From assembly GCA_000320545.1 (NCBI GenBank), contig ADNK01002642.1, forward strand, positions 1-33,350: a DNA stretch of 33,350 nt, written 5' to 3'. The stretch is from Bigelowiella natans CCMP2755. Its lineage: Eukaryota; Protista; Cercozoa. Below, piece after piece: positions 23,490-33,350 of the stretch. Within the stretch, counting starts at the first letter, position 1. Each line of letters begins with the position of its first letter. The translations under genes and the position numbers were made by a program. The notes beneath the pieces were generated by a model that worked only from the letters and a program-made list of their open reading frames with translations, was not told the origin of the DNA and ran no database searches.

Positions 23490-23918
23490 AAACGGCTCGG
23501 GGTGTTCCTACCCTGCCAACAACCGAACTTGCACCGTAGCCGTTACCACTCCTTTTCCTTGCTAACTGAGCTTTCTCCATCTCCTTGGCCCAATTCGAAA
23601 CGAGTAAAGCCGTCTGAGGGGGAGGAGGAGGAGGAGGATAGGAGAAAATGAGGGGGGGGTGTTTAAGGAAGGAAGAGCTGCTTCTTTTGCGCACATCGTC
23701 GTTTCTACTAGTCACTCGTGCCCTGCATGATTTTCTCATATTATCTGAGTACATTTCCAGTGAACGAAAGAAAGGAAGAGGGAGAGCAGGGGAGTGCGAG
23801 AAGTCACGTTGGCATGCGTTGTACTTCTTCACACGTGGCTATGTCGTTCTTGTGTAAAAGATATATATATATATATATATATATTTATATGTAAACTTGT
23901 TTGTGTGTGTGAGTGTTG

Positions 23919-23967
<49 letters not shown>

Positions 23968-25514
23968 ATTATTAGATATATTTTACCACTAATTTTCCCT
24001 TCCGCAAGATGAAATCGGAGACTTCATCCAATAAAGCCTGAGAGTCATATAATATATATTTCCGTTCCTTGCTCGACGCACAAGAGTGAGGTCTTTGGCG
24101 CTAAGCACAACCACAATCTAGGTATATTTCCTCCTTCTTCGATAATACCTCTTTGCTGACGCGGTCGTCGCGGAGCGAAGTCAGAAATTCCGTTTTCAGC
24201 AGGACTTTGAAGAGGTTGATGCTCGAATTGTTCACTTCCTCGCCTTGGCCAATAGACGCCCCTCTGAGAACACAGAGGATGCATGCATGCTGGTCAGAGG
24301 AGCCCCACTGCTTTATGCTTCCAGCTGTGCGGGGTGTTGAATTTACTTCGCGCGTATCGAATTGTTTCTGTGTTCGTTCTACGACTAAAGAAAGGCCGAT
24401 TTGATTTTAAGAATAGTCGGTGCTGATCGTATTCATCTTTGCAAATGTCATCATCTAGCGCACGAACCTGTCAACAGCAGAGATTCCAAAGCCACCACCA
24501 AGGCCCATATCATCATCTCCATCGTCAGGGGCTATTCTTCCATTCCTTCGACTGTCGTTTGATTAGCAAATCATTGGCCAGGGAAACGCTAATGCACACA
24601 ACATCCATACTTTACCTCATAAAAGGTCACACCACGCGCAATCTGGGCTCTCTATCTCCCTCTACGGTGTATGGCCGCTTCCTGAGGCATCACCTTGGAA
24701 CAAACAAAAATAGTAAGTGCAAGCCATGAGAGGAATCATACCGTGCCGCGACTTTTCCCTCTCTCTCCCTATCCCTTTCTTCACCCCCTCCCCCTCTGAT
24801 TCCCCCTGCCTACTGCTTCAGAACGGTGGGGGGGGAGGCCGACCTCGTTAGACGGTAGTTCCCTCCCCTTCTCTCCGCACGTGTAAAGCAGCTTGGTATT
24901 GTTTCAACCGGACTAGAAATCTGTCGTTGGGCAAAGAAAGGAAGTTGGCAATTACGCTTGCCGTTACAAGAGGATCCAAGGCTGTCGTTCCCGTCCTCAA
25001 AGCCTTGTCGCGCTATCAAAATGCTATGTGATTTCGTTTTTCTTTGAAATGCACTGCGGTTGTTACTACGCGACACGACGGTTACGCCGGAACCCGGAAG
25101 GCAAACGTCGGTAATAATGGCGGTTCGTTGGTTATCATAGCCCTCCCCCCCATTGTGAGAGCACATGGTCCTGATCTGCTCGCATCAGCTCCACAGAAGC
25201 AAGGCGGCCGTGTGAGACCTTCATGCGAGGGTCTCCTATAGCCTCAGCTCTCAGGAGCCATTCATATGGCAGCAAGAAGAGAGAGAGGTGAGTACCTGAG
25301 GTAATGCGGGTCAGTGTGCATTCTAAGTGCCGTTTGGGTATCTTGTTGTCAGGAAAAGCGCAATACGGAAAAAGGGGATTAATCTACGGAATCCGAATGC
25401 ATGGGAGTATGCGACGATAAAGAATGACCCAGAGTCCGCGGATGCCAAGGTAAGCTACAGTTGAGTTGAGAAGGAGAGATATGTTGTGGATCTCTCTTCC
25501 CCTCCCTCTCGCTC

Positions 25515-25584
<70 letters not shown>

Positions 25585-26200
25585 CTTGTGAATATGCGTG
25601 CGCTTAACTAATTTTGATGAAGATACTCCAATTAAATTAACTAAATTCATACACACACACAATGCAGCAGCAGCAGCCGAAGCACTTCCAAAGACGGGCT
25701 TCAACCCTTCGATATAACCAGAGCATCTTCATCGGGAACAAAGAAAAACAATTTCATTCGTCACAATCCTCGTCATCTACATCGCCTCCATCCCAGTCTC
25801 CGCAGTCATCCCCGCCAGTCGAGACCTTCTTGTCCAAATCAGCACCAATGCGCGTCGAATCGGTACTGTGACAATAGTGTTTTTACTACTCCCCCCCCCC
25901 CCCCCCCCCCTCCATCCCCAGACAATGAGATCGGATTCAAACCCATGCAACACACATGTTTTTTACTGATATTCAACAAGAGAGTTGCGACTTGATATTT
26001 TCTCCATTGTTTCTCTTCCCGCCCTCCCCTTCCCCCCCCCCCCCCCCCCCCCTCTTAGCTCTTGGAGCAGGCCGTAGTGGGAAGCTATCGACGAAAGAAA
26101 GCAGAGCAGACAGCTCCTAGTATTGGGTCTTACCGGCCACAGGCATTGGATGTAGGGAATACCAAGCGCAGTGGGTTTCTCGATCAAGTTGGGGGGCGCG
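23490..26200 (-). CDS. Upstream exon cluster: probable long N-terminal extension of the K2P channel (or a separate gene)
   Basis: A phase-compatible chain ...ISAVDR|GASIGQGEEVNNSSINLFKVLLKTEFLTSLRDDRVSKE|ALLDEVSDFILRKGKL...|TALLVSNWAKEMEKAQLARKR...|RRSVDNAAFF runs into the channel exons, with no intergenic-type tract between them. The exons upstream of about 24700 are not resolved. Confidence 0.5.
25517..25580. repeat. Long perfect (GT)n microsatellite
   Basis: Directly visible. Confidence 0.95.
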
Positions 26201-26698
26201 GAGATGACTTTGAGGCTTTGAGAGGTAATACCAGCGAAGGGAGAGCGCCGCACACCGGTGCTATTACAGCGAAGTCTCAAGCGGAGTTTTCAACCCACAC
26301 GGCGAGGATGGAAGCTGCTACCGAGGTAGGTCGCACACCTTGGTGATCAGAACGAATCAATAGAAGGAGCATTTGGAAAAATAGTACTATAGTATTGGTT
26401 GGGGTGAGAAAGTCTTAGCATATTGCACGCGGTGGATTTTGGGGCGGCGTGTGACCTTTTTCTTCAATCGAGAAGCAATTCCTAGTGATATTTACTTTGT
26501 CCTGGGTTCTGTTTCGCAATTACCTGCTTCTTTGTGCGCGCGCCTGAGACGCAACTACTATCGTGTTGGATGTAGGAACTCGAGCCGAGCAAACTAGCCA
26601 GCAGTAGATTTCGAGACGTGAAATCCTTTTCTTCAAGCATTAAAGGCAATAGCTAATAGCTCTTTCACCGGACCTTTCTGGAGAGAAATGCGTGATAT

Positions 26699-26736
<38 letters not shown>

Positions 26737-26924
26737 AATCATAGTAATTAATTCCTTTATTAAAAAGGGTCGCGACCATCAACTAGCAAGGGGCGCTTCA
26801 ACTTCTCTCGCCATGGGATTTCTGTCCAAATCAACACAAGGTGGCTAATACGAAGGCACACGTTACGTGCATGTGTGAGATCTACCTAAAGTACTACTAA
26901 TAGTAGTACCCCCCTCCGCCGTTA

Positions 26925-26961
<37 letters not shown>

Positions 26962-26975
26962 TTGTGATTCTGAGT

Positions 26976-27099
26976 ATGGCGTTCAAAGCCGAGAATTGCG
27001 ACAGAGATCGTTATTATGATGATCATGATGATGGTTATGGTGATAATAATGAGGAGGAGGGAGAGAGATTTATACGAAGACTTCCGTTTCCCACATATT

Positions 27100-27133
<34 letters not shown>

Positions 27134-28642
27134 TATATAATATAATTATTATTAATATTATATATACACATTATATGCGTCGTTATAAACAGGGCACGCT
27201 TGCGCACATCGCCTACCAGCAGCCGCAATGCAGCGATTAAGTCGCTCACGTTGTCCACTGCCCAGCTGTCTACTACCACCAAAGCTTCATCCCCCCCCCT
27301 TCCCGACGAGCTGCACTTAGACAACCTCACCCCCACCCCATCCTCGAGCCAGCATCTCCGACGATTACTCTCTCCGTCGCACAAGGGAGACCTCATCTCG
27401 GCGTCCGCGCCAGGAACTCCGTTAGCGTGCAGTGTGGAGACTTCAGAAGGCCGGCGGAGGGGGGGGGCGGGGGGGAGAAAAGTAAGTGCACGTGCCGGTG
27501 CGGTTTCATCGAGGCGCCCGTTCCACCGGCGGTCTGCCTCTCCCCCCTCTCGCTTCAAGTTCCTAATACGCAATTTTGATACGCGGAGGAGGGAGGATCA
27601 CGGGTACCAGAAGGCGCGAAATGCCGTTGTTGGAAAGCTCTACTGGGGTCGGAAAGACAACGAGAGGAGCGACAACAACAAACGGAGAAATAGACACATA
27701 GCCAGCACGCGGTGCGGGGCTAGCACCGCCACCACCAATGGCCTTATCGATCACCTCTGCGACGGCGAGGAGAAGGCCGCGAGGCAGGGAATGCTATACA
27801 CGCCAAGGCATTCGGCCGAAAATGCTCTTGGAGACAACCTAGCAGCGACGCTGTCTTGGATTAACAAGGCTGATAGGTGGTGCCTATGCCCTCTTTTGGC
27901 CTGTTATTGTTAGTAGCTGAATACGTGCACGTTGCGCGCATCTCTAGGCTTGCTGCCGCTACTTTATATGGTTTGAATCTGGTTGTAGTATACGTGAATA
28001 AACCCTCCTCCTCCTTCCCCCTCCTTGCTTTTTCTCCCTCCCCCCCCCTCCCCCCCTTCGCCTTTCGCAAATTAGCTTCAAATTCGAGGCACTCTCCAGC
28101 TCCATTGGGACTTCCGACAGCCCAGAGCCTGTGTCTGGTACGTTACATCGAGCGGCGCAGCAGCAGCATGATGTGCCGATGAGCTAGCAGTAAGGGGTAG
28201 AAGGCCGTCCGTGTTAAACAGCTGGGGTCTCAGCGGCAAGCGTGGGTGCTTACCATTCATTTGTGCGCGCATGTTCTCTCCACGCCTATCAGGGTGTGCT
28301 ATTTAGTTTCGGAACTATTCGCTGCAACACATCCTTTTCATCTTCAGGTTTCGGTAAGTATAACGAACGTTCCCCCCCCCCCGCCGCCGCACACCTCGCC
28401 TTTGCGGTCGGGATGTAGAAAATGTCAATCTTTTTTTTTTTTTTTTTTTTTTTTTCCACTTACGTGCGAGCACACATCACCATGCTGTCTGTACGTTTAA
28501 TGTGCTTTCCTCGACTAAGGTGGGGAGTTCGGTGTGGCAAGAAGGCGACTGGATCGGAATCTACAGTCTAGGAGAGGTTCTCATGTAAAAAGCATGAATG
28601 TGCGCGCGCGCGCGCCCGCTTCTCTCTCTCTCTCTCTCTCTG

Positions 28643-28694
<52 letters not shown>

Positions 28695-29305
28695 AAAAGT
28701 ACACGTGCAAGCAGCCCTCCCGCTTGAGCAACATAATCTTTTCGTAACAACTCTCCCAATCCGCAGATGCCGCTGAAAAGGGGAAATCGCTGGTATAGAG
28801 TCACAAAACGAGAGTTGGCGCATGGAATTCGGTGGGAAGCTGCGAAGAATGTTTCAATACCAGGTGCTCTGCGCTGCTGCCTCGGGGGGTAAAAACGGCT
28901 ATTATTTCGCCGCATCCGAGCAGCTCAAACTATATCCTACGTCTTTTACTATCTGATGATCTCCCCCCATCTTCTACACACCCATCGTTTCTAAGGCAAG
29001 TATGAGTTCCGCTACTACCGCAATACGGACGAGACCAGCTTCGAGCTGTAAGTAGAGAAATCCATCTGCTGTTTTTTTTCCCCCCCCCCCCCCCCCCCCC
29101 AAATCCAAAGAGGGTTCGCTGAGCTGATAGAGTGTTTCCTTTGCGTGACCAAGGTCCCACCCGTTGGATGTTAGCCGAGGCTTTTTGGTTCAAATACCTG
29201 AAGGTGCGGAGCATGTATACCTAGCATACTTTGGCAATAGAATACGAGGGACTACTGCATGCAGCTCGATGCGACAACTCACCAAATAAATAATATGCAT
29301 ATAAA

Positions 29306-29354
<49 letters not shown>

Positions 29355-30410
29355 CATATGATTGATTTATAATTTATATCTCGTCATTTGCGGACGTATG
29401 CGCATGTTATTTTGTTTGGGGAGGGGGAGGGGGGAGGGGGGCGGGATGTGCTGTCTATCTGCAGACACTTGAGTTATTCACTCGTGTGTATTTAGTGAGA
29501 GAGACAGGGGAAATAGAGGAAAATGATAATAATGAAGAGCAAGTTGGCGGCACTGCTGATGACAAGGAGGAAGCTCAGATTGGAGAATCGAACAAAAGCG
29601 GGAGTCCTACAACAAACCGATCAAAATTGAGCAGCAAAAAAGGCATGCAAGCTATGAGCGGTGGTCGTAGTCGGCGAGAGATCATCTTCACTGAAGAGGT
29701 GGCGGCGACGTCTTTTTGTTTCATGGGAATGGAGAGTGCCTTACGTGCGTTTCGAGCGTTGATTGAAGGAGGAAAACATGTCTGCGTGGTCCAAAATAAA
29801 CAACCATTTTAATGAAAGAGAGAACTGGGAAGGAAAGTGAGAGAGGGCGAGAGAAGGATTTAGCTATATGTACATCATAAGCTAGCGATGCCCTGCACTT
29901 CCTTCAGTTTTCTTATCTTTTTGCAGTACTCACTGGATGCACCGAGAAGCATAGATGAGGAAGAGGTCAATGAGGACAAGAAAGTGGTGAGGGAGAAGGC
30001 AGAGCGTCCTGAAACCGAACATGATCAACCACTCCCCAAAAATGACAACAAAGTCAAGAAATTCGACGTCGTCGTGAAACGCCAACGTGGTGGTGGCGGT
30101 ATGGGGGGTGGCACGAAAGCTGCGAGGAATATGTCCGCAGTCAAGAAAAATATTTCGGCTCTAGATGATTTAACGCGCAGTATAATTATAAAAACGCAAG
30201 TGACAAAAACAGAAAGCAGCCCGAAACGAAAACTAGGTTTGCCTCCACGTGTCTCAATTCGCGCATTGGACAGGTGAGAATTTGTTCTCTTTCTTGCCCC
30301 AAGCACATCCGTTTACCTTTATTCGTTCCCGAAATGCCCTCTGACTGAGTTTGTAGTGTAAATGTGCGTGTGCAATGTTGTTGCTGTTGGTGTGGTGATG
30401 CTTGGTAGTT
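26976..30410 (+). CDS. Multi-exon protein with a SKICH-like (DWIGIY ... PGKYEFRYY) beta-sandwich domain in low-complexity flanks
   Basis: In-phase exons 28520-28576 (VGSSVWQEGDWIGIYSLGE), 28767-28863 (MPLKRGNRWYRV...SIPG) and 28996-29047 (KYEFRYYRNTDETSFEL). Flanking Ser-rich and acidic exons from ATG 26976, 27193-27864, about 29489-29698 and 29920-30272 (strong ag|gtgag donor). The terminal exon is uncertain. Confidence 0.65.
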
Positions 30411-30429
30411 TTGGTGTTTGTTCATCGTC

Positions 30430-31720
30430 AGCGAAACGCAACTTGTGATCTACTGGGTCAATGATTGTAGATGGTAATTCAAATGATTGTTTTGATTAGA
30501 CTCGACGCTGCAAGATCCCGTCTGCATTCGTCACTCGCAGTTTGAGTGCATCATGTTTCAATGGATGTGATGCAATTGTATATATAGCACAATCAATCTC
30601 TGCAAAGCAGTTTCAATTTGAATGAGTGTGAGAGCGGCAACGCAAAATCTTGCGCGCCTCACTTAGTGCATAATGTGCGCAAGCGTATGTTGCATGCATT
30701 GCATATGTGGGCTTTGCTTCGTCGCGCACCATGCATGCATGTTATTAGACATGAAACGTGATATATGTGTAATACATCTTATTACTGTGTCTATATATCA
30801 TTATGTAATATGATGTGTATGTAATACATCTCATTACTGTGTCCATTATATGCTGCTGCAGTGTGCCCCAGCTAGGCAGGCTCTGGCAGGGAAGCTGCCC
30901 CCCCCCCTCCCAAAGACCCCACTTTTCTCTCCTCCCTCTCCAACTCGATTCACCGTTCAAGCCTGATCTACCGTGACTCTCAACCAACTCATCGATGCTG
31001 CTCGTCGCATGATCACCCATTGTGTTTGATTCTAGCTATAGCTGTCGCATGCAGAGTCGCATTGCGGACTCATGCGATGACTTGTGGTCTCAATCGCGAC
31101 GCTGCCGGTTGACACCACCACCAATTGCAGGCAGCAGGGCTGACAAGTCGCTCCTCGCAATGATTTTTGCTTGCAAGCTTACAGGCACTCATAATCTGCT
31201 GCGTGTGTGCAGACAAAACGCAGGCGTCTCGCCCCACGTGGTTCCACTCTTGCGCACGTTGGTTTGCATATCAATGCTCAGTTCAATGTCCACGTTTAAC
31301 GTTCAGTGTTCGTGGAGCATCTGGAGTTGAACGATGTGATGTTGGTGCAGTGGGCTGCTTTCGTCAAAGTGGAAGGAACGCGGCGGGTGTGAACGCAGCA
31401 ACAGTGACATTGCGGTGCACAGAGTGCCAAAGTGTGCACTTGCTAGCTGTGTGCATTGCACACACAGTGTGCACCACGTCCAATGCACAGATCGATCGAG
31501 CTATAGCTCGCGGAGCTGACACGCTTCGCGCTTCGCGCTGAACGCTGGGACGTCCCACCACTGGACCAGCTTGCTGGTTCTGCAGCCTCAATGAATGACT
31601 TCAGCTACACCGCCCCGATCGTTCACGAAACGCCTGTTTTTGGGTCCAAAATCATTGTTTCAGTCAAGCCAGTTGCTGTTTGTGCAGTTTGGCAGTGACA
31701 ACACCTGACGCTTCCAGGAG
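30430..31720. other. Palindrome-rich tail-to-tail intergenic tract 4
   Basis: TGCA/GCATGC/TAGCTA/CGATCG-rich blocks at about 30430-30760 and 31020-31540. Confidence 0.65.
30768..30843. repeat. 24-bp direct repeat, one mismatch
   Basis: tgtaatacatcttattactgtgtc at 30768-30791 and tgtaatacatctcattactgtgtc at 30820-30843. Confidence 0.9.
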
Positions 31721-31876
31721 GCTCTGGGTGGAGGCTGTGGAAAGCAAGGGGGTGACAAGGTCTTGCTGTCCTGCTCGACGAGGACAAGAAGCGCGCACAA
31801 AGTCCAGAAGCGTGCTAGCGCATGAGTCGCAAGGCGGTAGCGCAAAAGTCACTTGCGCCTCTGGTTTTGCAGCAGG

Positions 31877-32323
31877 CTAGCGGGCTAGCAAGGGTGGCAG
31901 AGGTTGTGGACCACCAACACTCTCGAGCACCATCGTCACCCAATTCCAAAATGCCGGGGGAGCGCGGGGGACGAACTCCTGCGGATCTCGCGAGATAAAT
32001 CCCTTGCCTTCGATGAATTTTCTTGTCGTAGGACATAAATGGCGGGGTATTTCTGGCAATAAACGGCTGGATTCCGTGCGTTCCGCTCCCTTTGCCTTTG
32101 CACGTGTGTGCACAACACTGCGCGAACGAACGCCCGCTGCCCCCTCCCCCCACAAGCCGCTGTTTCAGAGAGAGAGAGACCGTGAACGCTCCGAGATAGG
32201 ATGGGTCGTCCGATGCATGTTATTTGGATTCGAGTGTATGTACTTTTCGAGGAAATCATCGTCTTCGGAACCCCTCCCCGACCCCACCGGGCGATAGTAT
32301 ATGTGCCCTTCATGTTGCCGCAT
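31877..32323 (-). CDS. Small hypothetical protein, probably two or more exons
   Basis: MRQHEGHIYYRPVGSGRGSEDDDFLE from ATG 32323 (donor gaa aa|gtacat) joins in phase at ...aacag|c to GLWGEGAAGVRSRS...KFIEGKGFISRDPQEFVPRAPPAFWNW. No family recognised. Confidence 0.45.
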
Positions 32324-32379
32324 AGGATGTAGGCAAAGCAGTGATTACCTTCGATTCTTCCTTAAAATTTTACCATTCG
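32324..32379. promoter_or_regulatory. Very short head-to-head spacer (candidate bidirectional promoter)
   Basis: 56 nt between the two predicted ATGs. This depends on the small minus gene being real. Confidence 0.35.
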
Positions 32380-33215
32380 ATGCTAGGGTTTCTCTGGTTC
32401 CTAGCCAGTTTGCTGGCACTGATTAAAGGAGCTAGAGGGGAAAATGAAGATGTCGGGATGTGCGGAGGATTCGTTACTGCATCCGAGAATCTAGTCAAGT
32501 ATGCACTGCTAAAGAGCTTTATGCGCGGACAATGCTTTCTGTTGTTGGTCGATTGATATCTATATGCATTTCCATCGTTGAGACCGTATTGTCCCCTTCC
32601 TTGCTCTGCAACTAGATTAATGGACAGCAACTTGGACTTCTCGAATGTAGAGGTCAGTATATACAACATCTCTCTCTCTCTCTCTCTCTCTTCCTCTCTC
32701 TTTCTCTTTCCCTCGCTTCCTTCCTCCCCCCATTCATATAGTTTCGAACCTCCTTCCCCACATTATTCTTTTATCACCAATGCCGTTCTGTCTCTCACCG
32801 AAATGCAAGGTCCATCTCTACACAGAGGATCACTTACTGAAACATTCTTCGGGTAAAGACAGTAGTCCACAGTAGTGGCAAATCCGCTCTCTTGAGACCC
32901 CCCCCCCCCCTTCCCCCCGAGAGATCTATGTGCAGATGATGTAATTATGCAGTATTATTACGGTTCTGATATCGATGCGAGTGCATCGGCTTCCGATGTT
33001 TAGATTGTGTAACAAATGCATCATTGTCGTAGTAGAGAACACTACCGACCGGAGTGTTGTTCTTTAGATAACCTGCACTACCCCTAAATAGCGCGCAATG
33101 CAGATGATGAGTTGTATTGATTGCCGGCTAACAACAGAGTGCTCGCCAAACGGGTATTTCTTCGTCCCGCTTTACAGCAAAGGAGGTTACTACCTCAAGG
33201 TTGAAGGCCCAGATG
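32380..33215 (+). CDS. NOMO1: Nodal modulator (NOMO) homolog, 5' part; the gene continues past the window
   Basis: Exons 32380-32498, 32616-32652, 32810-32852 and 33138-33215 are all GT-AG and in phase. They give a signal peptide plus EDVGMCGGFVTASENLVKLMDSNLDFSNVEVHLYTEDHLLKHSSECSPNGYFFVPLYSKGGYYLKVEGPDG, matching the NOMO N-terminus (CGGFV...LYT..G.LK..T.CAPNGYF.IPLYDKG...LK.E.P.GW). Confidence 0.92.
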
Positions 33216-33227
33216 GTATTTATATAA

Positions 33228-33279
<52 letters not shown>

Positions 33280-33350
33280 ATTACATCAACAACCATCAGC
33301 AAAAATAGAGAGAGAAAAGCAATCCGGATTGCTATGGTATATCGTACGAA

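Noticed and set aside
24180-24230. LFKVLLKTEFL resembling the Cdh1/Cdc20 'Y..LL+NELL' motif
   Set aside because: I found no C-box (DRFIP) or WD40 repeats nearby, and the exons run into the K+ channel instead.
1-33350. CRISPR arrays, tRNA/rRNA, telomeric arrays, intact transposase or reverse transcriptase
   Set aside because: No spaced direct-repeat array, cloverleaf, rRNA signature, TTAGGG run or DDE/RT motif was seen by eye. A tRNAscan/Infernal run would be needed to exclude small RNAs.

Overview
Gene-dense nuclear DNA of an intron-rich microbial eukaryote: GT-AG spliceosomal introns, many packed with (AT)n/(AG)n/(AC)n microsatellites and G/C runs. Most ORFs in the supplied track are artefacts of introns and repeats. 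A chlorarachniophyte/rhizarian-type host is only a weak guess. I spliced exons by hand and support about ten genes in alternating orientation: an unknown multi-exon gene (-), an almost intronless secreted pepsin-family protease (+), a long unknown multi-exon gene (-), a long single-exon ORF (+), a 10-exon SLOG-superfamily (cpYpsA / 'putative molybdenum carrier'-like) gene (-), a two-finger C2H2 transcription factor (+), a two-pore-domain K+ channel with a probable long N-terminal extension (-), a SKICH-like-domain protein (+), a small unknown gene (-) and the 5' end of NOMO (+). Two observations stand out. (1) The SLOG gene belongs to a mainly prokaryotic nucleotide-binding family but is fully intronised here. 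(2) All four tail-to-tail intergenic regions are loaded with short palindromes (CTAG, TGCA, GCATGC, GTAC), while head-to-head regions are not. I saw no rRNA, tRNA, CRISPR array or intact transposon. Exon borders are manual predictions with no RNA evidence.
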